Source: an uncultured Armatimonadia bacterium
GTDB taxonomy: Bacteria; Armatimonadota; Zipacnadia; CAVVLO01
Assembly (NCBI GenBank): GCA_963749155.1
Contig: CAVVLO010000005.1
Location: 160,001-224,000 of the forward strand
Length of the DNA stretch: 64,000 nt
Direction of reading: 5' to 3'
Of this stretch, positions 37,981-46,954 are shown piece after piece (position 1 is the stretch's first letter; each line of letters begins with the position of its first letter). The translations under genes and the position numbers were made by a program. The notes below the pieces were generated by a model, which saw only the letters and a program-made list of their open reading frames with translations, ran no database searches and was not told the origin of the DNA.

Positions 37981-39054
37981 ATGGAGCGCTTTGCCTTCAT
38001 TATTCACCCGCTCAAGCCCAAGCAGGCGGCTCGGAAGTATCCTGTCGCCAGGCTACTGCCTGATTTCCTCCTTGAAAAGCTGTTGCACAAGCAGCACTCC
38101 AGGATCGCCTCCCATATAACAGGGGTCAAATCGGCGACAGGGGTTGAGGCAGAGGGCTGGTTCGTAGGTTGCCCGCTTACCCCGAAGGCGATAATGACGA
38201 TGCCGGAGGAGTTCACGGTCGGCAAGATAATAGAATCCGCCCGGATCGCCCAGGAGCATGGCGCAGGTATCGTAGGCCTGGGCGCCTATACCTCTATTGC
38301 TGGCGATGCGGGAATTACAGTTGCCAAAAACGTAGATATCGCGGTCACCACCGGCAACAGCTATACGGTTGCCACTGCTGTCGAAGGGTTGCTTCAGGCA
38401 GCAGAACTAATGCGCCACAAGCCTTCGGAGTCGCTTTGCACCATCATCGGCGCGACTGGCTCAGTTGGGCGCACCTGTGCGATTTTGCTCGCGGATTCTG
38501 TGGCTGGACTGCGACTGGTAGGCAGAGACAGCGCCCGGACCGAACGCGTGGCGGCAGAAGTGCGCGAGGCCTGCCCTGATTGCCCTGTCGAGATCACTTC
38601 TGACATCGAGGCCTCACTCAAAGACGTGCCTCTTGTTGTGACCGTTACCAGCGCAATCGAGTCGGTCATCCAGCCTGCCTGGCTGACGAAGGGCGCTGTC
38701 GTATGCGATGTCGCCCGGCCAAGGGATGTCTCCGTCGCCGTTGCGAAGGAGCGCCAGGATGTGCTCGTCATCGAGGGAGGCGTGGTCAGTGTGCCAGGCC
38801 AGGTCGAGTTCAGGATGGACTTCGGCTTCCCCCCCTGCACTGCCTATGCCTGTATGTCTGAAACAATGATTTTGGCTCTCGAAGGGCGCTACGAAAGCTT
38901 CTCTCTGGGGCGCGATATAGAGCCTGACAAGGTGAAAGAGATAGCCGGGCTGGCTGCCAAACACGGTTTCAAGCTGGCGGGTTTCCGCAGCTTTGAGCGC
39001 GCCGTGACACCCGAGCTGATCGAGTCCGTTCAACGCGCGGCCGGATTGTTATAG
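37981..39054 (+). CDS. Acyl-ACP/acyl-thioester reductase-like oxidoreductase (cyanobacterial AAR / PigE N-terminal-like)
   Basis: FAFIIHP start, GLGAYTS, TTGNSYT, Rossmann IIGATGSVG, DVARPRDV, AYACMSETMILALEG with a Cys at the AAR catalytic position. Confidence 0.72.
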   Translation: MERFAFIIHPLKPKQAARKYPVARLLPDFLLEKLLHKQHSRIASHITGVKSATGVEAEGWFVGCPLTPKAIMTMPEEFTVGKIIESARIAQEHGAGIVGLGAYTSIAGDAGITVAKNVDIAVTTGNSYTVATAVEGLLQAAELMRHKPSESLCTIIGATGSVGRTCAILLADSVAGLRLVGRDSARTERVAAEVREACPDCPVEITSDIEASLKDVPLVVTVTSAIESVIQPAWLTKGAVVCDVARPRDVSVAVAKERQDVLVIEGGVVSVPGQVEFRMDFGFPPCTAYACMSETMILALEGRYESFSLGRDIEPDKVKEIAGLAAKHGFKLAGFRSFERAVTPELIESVQRAAGLL

Positions 39055-39062
39055 GAGCTGGG

Positions 39063-40272
39063 ATGGACAGCCACAAGCTCGCGGAAAGCTGGCTCTCAGA
39101 CCTGGTTGCCCTGCCCAGTGTAACGGGGGAGGAAGAAGCCGCCCTGGCCTGGGTCGAAGCCAAACTGATCGAACTTGGTTATGCTCCTCAACGCCTTCCG
39201 CTGGGGGCCGATACCCTGGCCCATGAGGCTTATCGCCCCTTTCGAGCCGCTTTCAGACTGGCAAAGGGCCAATCTGGTAGTGAAGCTGCCGGGCGAAGGC
39301 GCTCCGCTGCTCCTTAACACCCATCTCGATACCGTCCCGGCCGCAGGCTGGGAGGAGGCCTTCACCCCCCGGATTGTGGGAGACAGGCTTATCGGACGCG
39401 GAGCCTCTGATGCCAAAGGCCAGGTGGTCACTCTCCTCCTGGTCGCAGCGGCGCTGAAAGAGCGTGGCCTTGCCCTCGAGCGCCCTCTGGAGTTCCATTT
39501 CGTCATCGAAGAAGAGGTCGGCGGGAATGGGGCACTTGCCCTTGCGCTGGCCTCGAAGGGCGCCTCCGGTTGCGTGGTGCTCGAGCCAACAGGTTTGAAT
39601 ATCCACCCGTCCAACCGCGGCGCGCTCTGGTTCAAGTACAGGTTGGAAGGTAAGAGTGTGCATATGGGGCGCATCCAGGAGGGCGTAAACGCCATCGAGA
39701 AAGCCTGGCTGCTGGCCGAAAGCCTGCGGGCTTATTGGGCAGAGCTACTCGAAGCAAGTCGAGGCTATCCTGGTTATGAGCACTATGAGGTGCCAGTGCA
39801 AGTGAATCTTGGGACAATCCATGGCGGTGACTGGCCCTCGATGGTGGCGGGCTGGTGCGAGCTGGAAGGCGGAGTTGGCTTCCTGCCGAGCAAGACTCTT
39901 GCCGAGGTCGAAGCCGACCTCAGAGCGCTTATCGCCAGCCATCCGGACGACTGGCTGCGAGACCATACTACTGTGACCTTCGACCGGCTGCGCAACGAGG
40001 CTTTCGCTTTCCCTCTCGATCATCCTCTGGCGCTGGGCCTGCACCAAGCCGCCCGCGCTGCTGGAGGCAAAGCCGAGATCACTGGCTGGAACGTCTCTTG
40101 TGATGCGCGCCTTTATGCGAAAGTGGCTGAAGTGCCGACCGTCGTTTTCGGTGCTGGCGACGTGGCTGAAGCCCATTCGGCAGGGGAGAGCATCGCGCTC
40201 CCCGAATTACTGCTCGCTGCCGAGGCGCTTACCGAGTTTGTTTTGGACTGGTGTGGTGTAAGGAGTATCTGA
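39063..40272 (+). CDS. M20/ArgE/DapE-family metallo-deacylase; frameshift at ~39241
   Basis: PSVTGEE, NTHLDTV, GRGASDAKG, IEEEVGG, EPT, AHSAGE. ORFs 39063..39317 and 39175..40272 join if one T is removed from 'ccctttcgag'. Confidence 0.85.
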
Positions 40273-40274
40273 AA

Positions 40275-41606
40275 ATGAAGCAAGGTATTGAGATCCTTAC
40301 CGAGTTGCCCGGCCCGCGCTGCCGCGCGGCGCTGGAGGAAGCCAGGCTGTATGAGCCTGCTTCGATGAGCGAACAGGCGCCTGTGGTCTGGGATCAGGCT
40401 GAAGGCTGCTATGTGAAGGATCTCGATGGCAACGTTTTTCTTGATTTTACCTCGGGAGTGCTGGTTGCCAATGTCGGCCATTCACGTCCCGAGATTGTAG
40501 AAGCCATCCGCGAGCAGGCAGGCAAGGTTATAAACTGTTATGACTTCCTCTCGGAGCCTCGGCTTGCCCTCTCAAAGCGGCTTGTAGAACTCGCTCCAGC
40601 CCCTCTGGACAGAGCTTTCATCCTCACCACAGGCGCCGAGACTACCGAAGCGGCCATCAAGCTGGCGCGCAAGGCCACCGGCAAGTATGAGATTATCGCT
40701 TTCTGGGGCGCCTTCCATGGCAGGACGATGGGGGCTCTCTCTTTAGGCGGCAAGCGCTCCGGAGCAGGGGCCTCGGGCTTTGGGCCTTTCGTGCCAGGCA
40801 TCCATCATGCACCCTTCCCTTATTGTTATCGCTGCCCCTTCGGGAAGAGCCGGCCTGGTTGCGCCCTGGAATGCCTGGCTTTCCTCGAGCCTTTCTACGA
40901 TATGGTCACAGAGCACAAGGTGGCCGCGGTCATCGTCGAGACCTACCAGGGGGGCGCGGGCAGCATAATCGCGCCGAAAGAATGGTGGCAGGGGCTGCAG
41001 GCCTGGTGCCGCAGCAAGGATATCCTGCTGATAATTGACGAGGTGCAGGCCTCCTTTGGGCGCACGGGCAAATGGTTCGCCTTCGAGCATTACGGCCTGG
41101 AGCCTGACCTCGTATGCCTGGGCAAGGGGCTCTCGAGCAGCCTGCCTGTCTCGGCGCTGCTTGGGCCGTCCAGCCTGATGGATTGCCTGGGGCCTGGCAC
41201 GCTTTCCAGCACGCATGGGGGCAATCCGCTTGGCGATGCCGCGGCGCTGGCCAATATCGATGTTATCGAAAAAGAAAACCTCTGCGATCGCGCCGCCAGG
41301 CTTGGCGACTTGGCTCTGGGGCGGATGAAAAGCTGGCAGGAGCGCTTCTCCATCGTGGGAGAGGCGCGCGGTATGGGCCTTGCGATGGCGCTTGAACTGG
41401 TGGAGGACAAGGTCACGAAGCAGCCTGCGCCCGCTCTCGTGAAGCGGCTGATAGATTTATGTTACCGGAAAGGCTTGCTGTTGATTGCGCCCATCGGCAC
41501 CTATGGCAACTGCCTCAGGCTCTCGCCTCCTCTTGTGATCACCGAAGCAGAGCTGGCTCTGGGCCTGGACCTTATCGAAGCTGCACTTGAGGAGCTGACT
41601 TCCTGA
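40275..41606 (+). CDS. Class III PLP aminotransferase (GabT/ArgD-like)
   Basis: DLDGNVFLDF, NVGH, TGAETTEAAIKLAR, AFHGRT, IDEVQASFGRTG, PLP lysine LGKG, STHGGNP. Confidence 0.92.
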   Translation: MKQGIEILTELPGPRCRAALEEARLYEPASMSEQAPVVWDQAEGCYVKDLDGNVFLDFTSGVLVANVGHSRPEIVEAIREQAGKVINCYDFLSEPRLALSKRLVELAPAPLDRAFILTTGAETTEAAIKLARKATGKYEIIAFWGAFHGRTMGALSLGGKRSGAGASGFGPFVPGIHHAPFPYCYRCPFGKSRPGCALECLAFLEPFYDMVTEHKVAAVIVETYQGGAGSIIAPKEWWQGLQAWCRSKDILLIIDEVQASFGRTGKWFAFEHYGLEPDLVCLGKGLSSSLPVSALLGPSSLMDCLGPGTLSSTHGGNPLGDAAALANIDVIEKENLCDRAARLGDLALGRMKSWQERFSIVGEARGMGLAMALELVEDKVTKQPAPALVKRLIDLCYRKGLLLIAPIGTYGNCLRLSPPLVITEAELALGLDLIEAALEELTS

Positions 41607-42433
41607 GTACCTCTCGCAACAAGCGGTGGTCGAAAGAGGAGATCCTGACGCGGCTGCGCGAGTTGCACGAGCAGGGCGTGAAGCTGGTGCCTTCCGAAAT
41701 GCAGCGCAGGGAGCCAAAGCTTTTCTATATCGCCCGGTCGAGGTCTTATTTTGGCACCTGGAAAGAGGCCGTGCGCGCGGCAGGCTATTCGTATCGACGT
41801 ATAAAGAAAAGCGCCAGCAGGTGGAACCCCGAGCGCGTGCGTCGAGAACTTGCCAGACATTTTGCGGCGGGGGAGGATCTGCTGTCGCCTGTTTTCTGCA
41901 AGCAGAACGCCAAACTCGTCGAGGTGGCAAGAGGCAGGGGCGCCTTCGGGGGATGGCGTAAAGCGCTGGAGGCCGCCGGGATTGATCCGGAGGAAGTGCG
42001 CAAGCGGCATTTCCTCTCCAAGGAACGGATTATCGAGGAGCTGCAGGCGCTTGCGGCAAGCGGATCAGTACCAGATTCCAAAACTTTGCGCGAGACTCGG
42101 CCCGATTTGTATCGAGCAGCGCGCCGGCCGGAGACCTTCGGCAGTTTCCAGTCGGCGCTGGTGGCTGCTGGACTGGCAGAGGAAGAGCCGAAACAGCGCA
42201 TCCGCTGGAGCCGCGAACGCGTAAAGCTGGGGGTTCAGGTGCTCGCCAGACGCGGAGTTGGCCTGAGCCAGCAAGAGGCTCTGGCTGTCTCGCCAGCGCT
42301 GGTAGCGGCGGCCAAGAGCAAGCGCCATTTCGGCAGTTGGGGCAAAGCGGTCGAAGCTGCCGGTTTTGATTATGCCAAACACAGCCAGCGCAGGCGAAAG
42401 CCTGCCAAAGGCAGACGAGGTGAGGCGCGATGA
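41603..42433 (+). CDS. Tandem-repeat basic protein (homing-endonuclease-associated-repeat-like, FGxWxxAxxAAG x4); apparent CTG start
   Basis: Four units ending YFGTWKEAVRAAG, AFGGWRKALEAAG, TFGSFQSALVAAG and HFGSWGKAVEAAG, each beginning (W/L)S/NxExI/V. The frame is open from CTG 41603, overlapping the upstream TGA, with GAGGAG 8 nt upstream. Confidence 0.65.
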   Translation: MSTSRNKRWSKEEILTRLRELHEQGVKLVPSEMQRREPKLFYIARSRSYFGTWKEAVRAAGYSYRRIKKSASRWNPERVRRELARHFAAGEDLLSPVFCKQNAKLVEVARGRGAFGGWRKALEAAGIDPEEVRKRHFLSKERIIEELQALAASGSVPDSKTLRETRPDLYRAARRPETFGSFQSALVAAGLAEEEPKQRIRWSRERVKLGVQVLARRGVGLSQQEALAVSPALVAAAKSKRHFGSWGKAVEAAGFDYAKHSQRRRKPAKGRRGEAR

Positions 42434-43389
42434 GGCTAGCTCTTGTAGAAGGCCCTGGCGGAAGGGAGTTCGCGCTACGACTTGGCAAGGAGTATTACGC
42501 TGTGTCAGCCCTGGCAAAAACGCTTGGGCGCGAGGACGAGGTCAGGCTACTGACTGACTGGCAGGCAGTCTGCTCACTTGACGGGCCGGCTCACAGTTTC
42601 CTGCAAGAGTTGCGCCAGACCTTTTCCACCAGGCCGGAGGCCTTGCCGGCGCCACTTGAACCCGGCAGTTTCGAGTTTCTGCCTGTGGTCGGGCCCGACA
42701 GGCAGCTCTTTCTGCTTGCGGGCAATTACCTCGAACATGTCAAAGAAGGCGAATCCATCCTCGCGCTCAAAGCGGCCGAGCAGCAGAAGTTCTACAGGCC
42801 ACGGGTCTTCTCGAAACACCCCGGTGTCTGTGGGATTGGTCACGGGACGCCTATCCAGATTCCAGTTAACGCTCGGCAGCCAGACTACGAAGGTGAGTTG
42901 CTTGTGGTTATCGGGCGAGAAGCAAGGCATGTTAGCCCTGATGAGGCTATGCAGCAGGTGTATGGTTACAGTATAATCAATGATGTTTCGGAGCGGGCTT
43001 TTCGCTCTGGCGCCGAAGAGAGCGAGCACCCCTTCGACAAGTTTTTCGACTGGCTTAACGGCAAATGGGCGGATGGTTACGCCGCCAGCGGCCCGGACCT
43101 GGTCAGCGCCGAGGAAGTGCCTGACCCATATGCCCTCGAACTGTCGACTGAAATTGACGGCGAGGTGCGCCAGAAGGCCAGCACGGGCGATATGATTTTC
43201 GACGTGGCTCGGGTGGTCAGCTTCATCTCGACCATCTGCACGCTAAGGCCAGGCGATGCCATCGCCACCGGGACGCCGAGTGGGGTTGGCAGCGCCTCGG
43301 GACGTTTCCTTAAGCCCGGTCAAACAGTCACAGTCCGCATCTCGGATGTGGGCGAGTTAAGCAACCCGGTTCAATCCGCGACACAGTGA
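42430..43389 (+). CDS. Fumarylacetoacetate hydrolase family protein
   Basis: AGNYLEH, FSK, DYEGELLVVIG, NDVSER, GKWADG, LRPGDAIATGTPSGVG. Confidence 0.92.
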   Translation: MRLALVEGPGGREFALRLGKEYYAVSALAKTLGREDEVRLLTDWQAVCSLDGPAHSFLQELRQTFSTRPEALPAPLEPGSFEFLPVVGPDRQLFLLAGNYLEHVKEGESILALKAAEQQKFYRPRVFSKHPGVCGIGHGTPIQIPVNARQPDYEGELLVVIGREARHVSPDEAMQQVYGYSIINDVSERAFRSGAEESEHPFDKFFDWLNGKWADGYAASGPDLVSAEEVPDPYALELSTEIDGEVRQKASTGDMIFDVARVVSFISTICTLRPGDAIATGTPSGVGSASGRFLKPGQTVTVRISDVGELSNPVQSATQ

Positions 43390-43393
43390 GGGG

Positions 43394-43789
43394 ATGGGTG
43401 TGAGCGTTAAAATTCTGGTTGTAGATGATGAGGTACCTGTAGCAACAGTTATCCAGGCGAACCTGGAACTCGAAGGCTACGAGGTCACAACCGCTTACGA
43501 TGGCAACCAGGGCCTTCTAAGGGCCAGAGAGCTCAAGCCTGACCTTATTCTGCTTGATGTGATGATGCCCGAGAAAGACGGCTGGACGGTATTGCAGGAG
43601 TTGCGCGGCGATCCGGAGTTGTACAAAACCCCGGTCATAATGCTCACCGCCCTTTCCCAGGAATCGGACATCTCGCGCGGCTGGGAGTCCGGTGTAGATT
43701 GTTACCTAACCAAGCCTTTTGATCCGCTTGAGATGATCGAGATTTGCAAACGCATCCTCGAGGCGGGCGATCTCGATCTCGATATGTAA
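43394..43789 (+). CDS. Single-domain response regulator
   Basis: ILVVDDE, LLDVMMPEKDG, MLTA, YLTKPF. Confidence 0.9.
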   Translation: MGVSVKILVVDDEVPVATVIQANLELEGYEVTTAYDGNQGLLRARELKPDLILLDVMMPEKDGWTVLQELRGDPELYKTPVIMLTALSQESDISRGWESGVDCYLTKPFDPLEMIEICKRILEAGDLDLDM

Positions 43790-43830
43790 CAAGACGTCCT
43801 GGCCTTGGTGCCAACGGGAGCTGAGGCCCA

Positions 43831-46293
43831 ATGCGGTGCGCTCTAGCTATGCTGCTTGCGCTAGGTCTTGCCTGCGCGAGTAACGCTGCTCCAGCCTTCA
43901 AGGCTGCACTTTTTGCCATCCCCACCGAGCTTCCCTGGCGTTACCACCTCGCTTGTGTGGTAGCCAACGCAGGGGACGAACCTGTCAAAGTCAGAGTCAC
44001 TCCTCAGCTTGTTGCCGAGGCCAATCCGGCCAGCAGGCTTCTCGAACTGAAGCGCGATGAGGTTGCGACCGCCAGCTTCGAGATTACCGTTCCCTCTGAG
44101 GCCTTGAACAAACTGGTGCGAGTCAGTTGCAACGCGCCGGGCCAGAGTGAACAGCTCAAGCTGCGGCTGACCTCCCTTACCAGCCTCGCTGGCGCCTGGC
44201 AGGTGAAGTTCGTTGGTGATGATACCTCGCTTGGCTATGCGGCTGAAGACGCTTCTCTGGAGGGCTTCCAGCCGCACATCGTCCCCTACACCCTTGAAGA
44301 CGTTGGCTACACCTGGCTCAGGCGAGAGGTCGTAATCCCAGAGGGCTGGGCCGGCAAGCCGTTGATGCTGCATATGGTGCAGGTGGACGACAACGATGCC
44401 ACTTTTTTCAACGGCCAGAAGATTGGCGAGACAGGTGGCTGGGACAACCCCCGCAATTATGTCATCCCTTCCGACTTGATCCGGTATGGAGAGCCTAATC
44501 TGGTTGCCGTGCGCGTTCATAATACGGCCTGGGGCGGTGGGCTTTACAAGCTGCCTCTTTATATCGCCCCCGAAGAAGTGATCTCTCGCGACCTGGCGAA
44601 GGGCCTTGTCCTGACTGACTATGCCCCCAAACCCGCGCCCAGATCAGCCCCGGGCGCCGTTGGCCCAGCCTTGCCCATGCGCCCGATTTTCGAGGAAGAG
44701 GGCGTCCTCTATTATATGGAAGGCCAGGAGGTCGCTCTCTGGGGCACCAACTACTACCCGATGGCCTGGGGCCAGTACACCAATATGCAGGCCAGGGGTG
44801 CCGATTTCCATAAAGCCATCGTGGAAGACCTCGATATGATGCAGCAGATGGGTATAGAGGTGCTGCGGCTGCATCTCTTCGACACCGAGATGTCCGATGC
44901 CCAGGGCAATCTGATAGACAACGAGCATCTGGAACTGCTTGATTTTCTTATTGCCGAGTGCAACCGGCGCAGTCTCTACTTTGTTATGACCACGATGGCC
45001 TGGTGGGGGTCGCCTTCGCAGCGCCCGGATGCCTTCTCGGTATTGCATCCGAAGGAAGCTCTGCTCTGGGGCGCTGAAGCAAAAGCGGCGGAGAAGAACT
45101 ACCTGAACCAGCTGCTAACCCATGTGAACCGATATACCGGCAATCCGTACGCCAAAGAGCCCTGCATCGCCTGTTATGAGTTGCTCAATGAGCCGACCTA
45201 CTACAGTTATGGCCAGGTGACCAGCGGCGCTGAAGAACGCGAGATTACCGAGTTACGGCAGCTTTATGCCGATTGGCTCGAGGCCAACGCCCTGCCTGAT
45301 AACGCGATGACCTACGATGCCTTCAGTTGCGAATTGGCAGCTAGCTGGGCCAATGGCAATCTGCGCGCCTTGCGCGAGGCAGGGGCCAGGCAGCCTGCGG
45401 GCATCGCTTTCTTCGCAGCGCATACGGTGGAGGGATTGCATCTCGGATTTTACCTTTCCCATGCCCAGCTCTTCACCACAGGCCGCTATATCGGCAGCTC
45501 GGAAGGCTGGAAAGGCCATGACACAACGGCCGACAACTATATGGCCTCCTACAACGCCGACAGCTTCCCCGAGGCTCTGGATAGCCTTGCGCGTATCGTC
45601 TACGAGTTCGATGCCATCTCGACGAGTCGCAGTTATATGTATCCGCCTTTCGCTGCGATGTGGCGCGATGCCGAGGTCCAGATCGCAACCCAGTTCCAGT
45701 ACGACACAATCGTAACCGCCGATCGCAACAGCGACTGGAATATCCATTATCTGAACTTCTGGTACACGCCCCGCAAAGCCGTCAGCTTCCTCATTGCGAG
45801 TGATGTATTTTTTGATCTGCCGAGGGGAACACCCTTCGCGCCAGAGCCAATGGGCAATATCCTGCCTGAACTGGGCGTCGCCTTCAGCTTCGAGCATGAT
45901 GTCAGTATCGAGGCGCGCCCAGACGTCTACAGGCAGAGCGCCCCGACCGACTGGAGGCCCTTGCCAATACCCCGGACCCCGCGCGAGATTATGGCCGTAG
46001 GCAATTGTCCCTACTGGGAATATGATGGAACCGGGCTGGTGCAACTGAAAGCCTCTGCAGAAGGTGCTACACTTGTAATAACGCCCAACGTGACTGAGCA
46101 TTATCCCTCGGGCGAATACTGGCACGAGGGGATGACCCGCACGCTGGACTCGGAGCCGAAAACGCTCAGGCTAAGATTGCCTGGTTATCAGGAGGCCAGG
46201 CTCATCGCTGCTGATGGCGCCATCCTGCAGCTTGTAAAAGGCGCAATCGAATTGAAACCTGGCACCTATAAACTCGAGCCTGCTGCTCGCTAG
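43831..46293 (+). CDS. Secreted glycoside hydrolase: galactose-binding-like jelly-roll domain plus GH5-like (clan A) catalytic domain
   Basis: Signal peptide; WLRREV...VDDNDATFFNGQKIGET...NLVAVRV..WGGG jelly roll; WGTNY, LRLH, HVNRYTG, acid/base ELLNEP, nucleophile-like VYEFD. Confidence 0.78.
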   Translation: MRCALAMLLALGLACASNAAPAFKAALFAIPTELPWRYHLACVVANAGDEPVKVRVTPQLVAEANPASRLLELKRDEVATASFEITVPSEALNKLVRVSCNAPGQSEQLKLRLTSLTSLAGAWQVKFVGDDTSLGYAAEDASLEGFQPHIVPYTLEDVGYTWLRREVVIPEGWAGKPLMLHMVQVDDNDATFFNGQKIGETGGWDNPRNYVIPSDLIRYGEPNLVAVRVHNTAWGGGLYKLPLYIAPEEVISRDLAKGLVLTDYAPKPAPRSAPGAVGPALPMRPIFEEEGVLYYMEGQEVALWGTNYYPMAWGQYTNMQARGADFHKAIVEDLDMMQQMGIEVLRLHLFDTEMSDAQGNLIDNEHLELLDFLIAECNRRSLYFVMTTMAWWGSPSQRPDAFSVLHPKEALLWGAEAKAAEKNYLNQLLTHVNRYTGNPYAKEPCIACYELLNEPTYYSYGQVTSGAEEREITELRQLYADWLEANALPDNAMTYDAFSCELAASWANGNLRALREAGARQPAGIAFFAAHTVEGLHLGFYLSHAQLFTTGRYIGSSEGWKGHDTTADNYMASYNADSFPEALDSLARIVYEFDAISTSRSYMYPPFAAMWRDAEVQIATQFQYDTIVTADRNSDWNIHYLNFWYTPRKAVSFLIASDVFFDLPRGTPFAPEPMGNILPELGVAFSFEHDVSIEARPDVYRQSAPTDWRPLPIPRTPREIMAVGNCPYWEYDGTGLVQLKASAEGATLVITPNVTEHYPSGEYWHEGMTRTLDSEPKTLRLRLPGYQEARLIAADGAILQLVKGAIELKPGTYKLEPAAR

Positions 46294-46308
46294 AGGAGTG
46301 ATTTGCCA

Positions 46309-46761
46309 ATGAAGCCCTTGTTGCTTGTTCTGTTGATTCTGGCTGTGCTGCTGGGACTGGTTGCCTGCATCGCGCTTGCTGACGAAGATGCCTGTGAGAT
46401 TATCCGCACCGATGCGCCGGCAATTATTGTGAATGGCACAACGCTCGTGCCGATGAGAGCCATCTTCGAGTGGCTGGGCGCCGAGGTCAACTACACTTCG
46501 GCCGACAAGCACATCGAAGCCATCCGCAAAGGCATCTCGGTCAATCTCTGGATAGGGGACAGGCACTTCAAGATTCGTTATTCGGACGGCAGTCGGAAGG
46601 TAGGCAATCTGCTGGCGAAGCCTGTGGTTCGCAATGAGCGTACCCTGGTGCCACTTCGGTTCGTTTCCGAAGCAATGAACTGCAAAGTCGAATACGACGC
46701 CGATGCCAAGACTGTACAGATCAAAGATGGCGAGCGTTGCGGCCTGGTAATGCTGCCCTGA
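46309..46761 (+). CDS. Secreted stand-alone copper amine oxidase N-terminal (stalk) domain protein
   Basis: Signal peptide; GTTLVPMRAIFEWLGAEV and RTLVPLRFVSEAMNCKVEYD half-repeats. Confidence 0.85.
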   Translation: MKPLLLVLLILAVLLGLVACIALADEDACEIIRTDAPAIIVNGTTLVPMRAIFEWLGAEVNYTSADKHIEAIRKGISVNLWIGDRHFKIRYSDGSRKVGNLLAKPVVRNERTLVPLRFVSEAMNCKVEYDADAKTVQIKDGERCGLVMLP

Positions 46762-46789
46762 ATCTGGGGTTCTGAGCCCAGGGTCTGGC

Positions 46790-46818
46790 TTGACAGCGGG
46801 AGAGGCCATCTCTATAAT
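46790..46818 (+). promoter_or_regulatory. Perfect-consensus sigma70 promoter
   Basis: TTGACA (46790-46795), 17 nt, TATAAT (46813-46818). Confidence 0.88.
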
Positions 46819-46824
46819 CTCACC

Positions 46825-46945
46825 GCGCTGAACGGCCTAGTCCAGTCTGCTCGGACGCAGCCCCGCCCTCGTGTGGTACGGGACACCTTCCTCTCGCGAG
46901 GGACGCCCCTGAGCGCTGAGGGGAGTAGGGCTGCGCTCGTTTTTT
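46825..46945 (+). ncRNA. Candidate structured ncRNA / ffh leader ending in a U tract
   Basis: Follows the consensus promoter. Closing helix CGCAGCCC(46856-63)/GGGCTGCG(46928-35) encloses CCCTCGTG/CGCGAGGG and CCCCT/AGGGG arms. T6 at 46940-45. No plausible ORF. Confidence 0.55.
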
Positions 46946-46954
46946 AAGGTAGCA

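Noticed and set aside
37072..39054. Literal shikimate/quinate dehydrogenase (aroE) call
   Set aside because: AroE motifs (SxSP, NVTxPxK, AVNT, NTD) are absent; the motifs fit the AAR-like family better.
41603..42433. Mobile homing endonuclease or intron
   Set aside because: No HNH, GIY-YIG or LAGLIDADG catalytic motif, and the flanking genes are not interrupted.
46825..46945. SRP 4.5S RNA (ffs) or tRNA upstream of ffh
   Set aside because: No helix-8 GNRA-loop motif (CAGG..GGAA..AGCA) on either strand and no cloverleaf/TTC/CCA pattern; kept only as an unidentified structured RNA.
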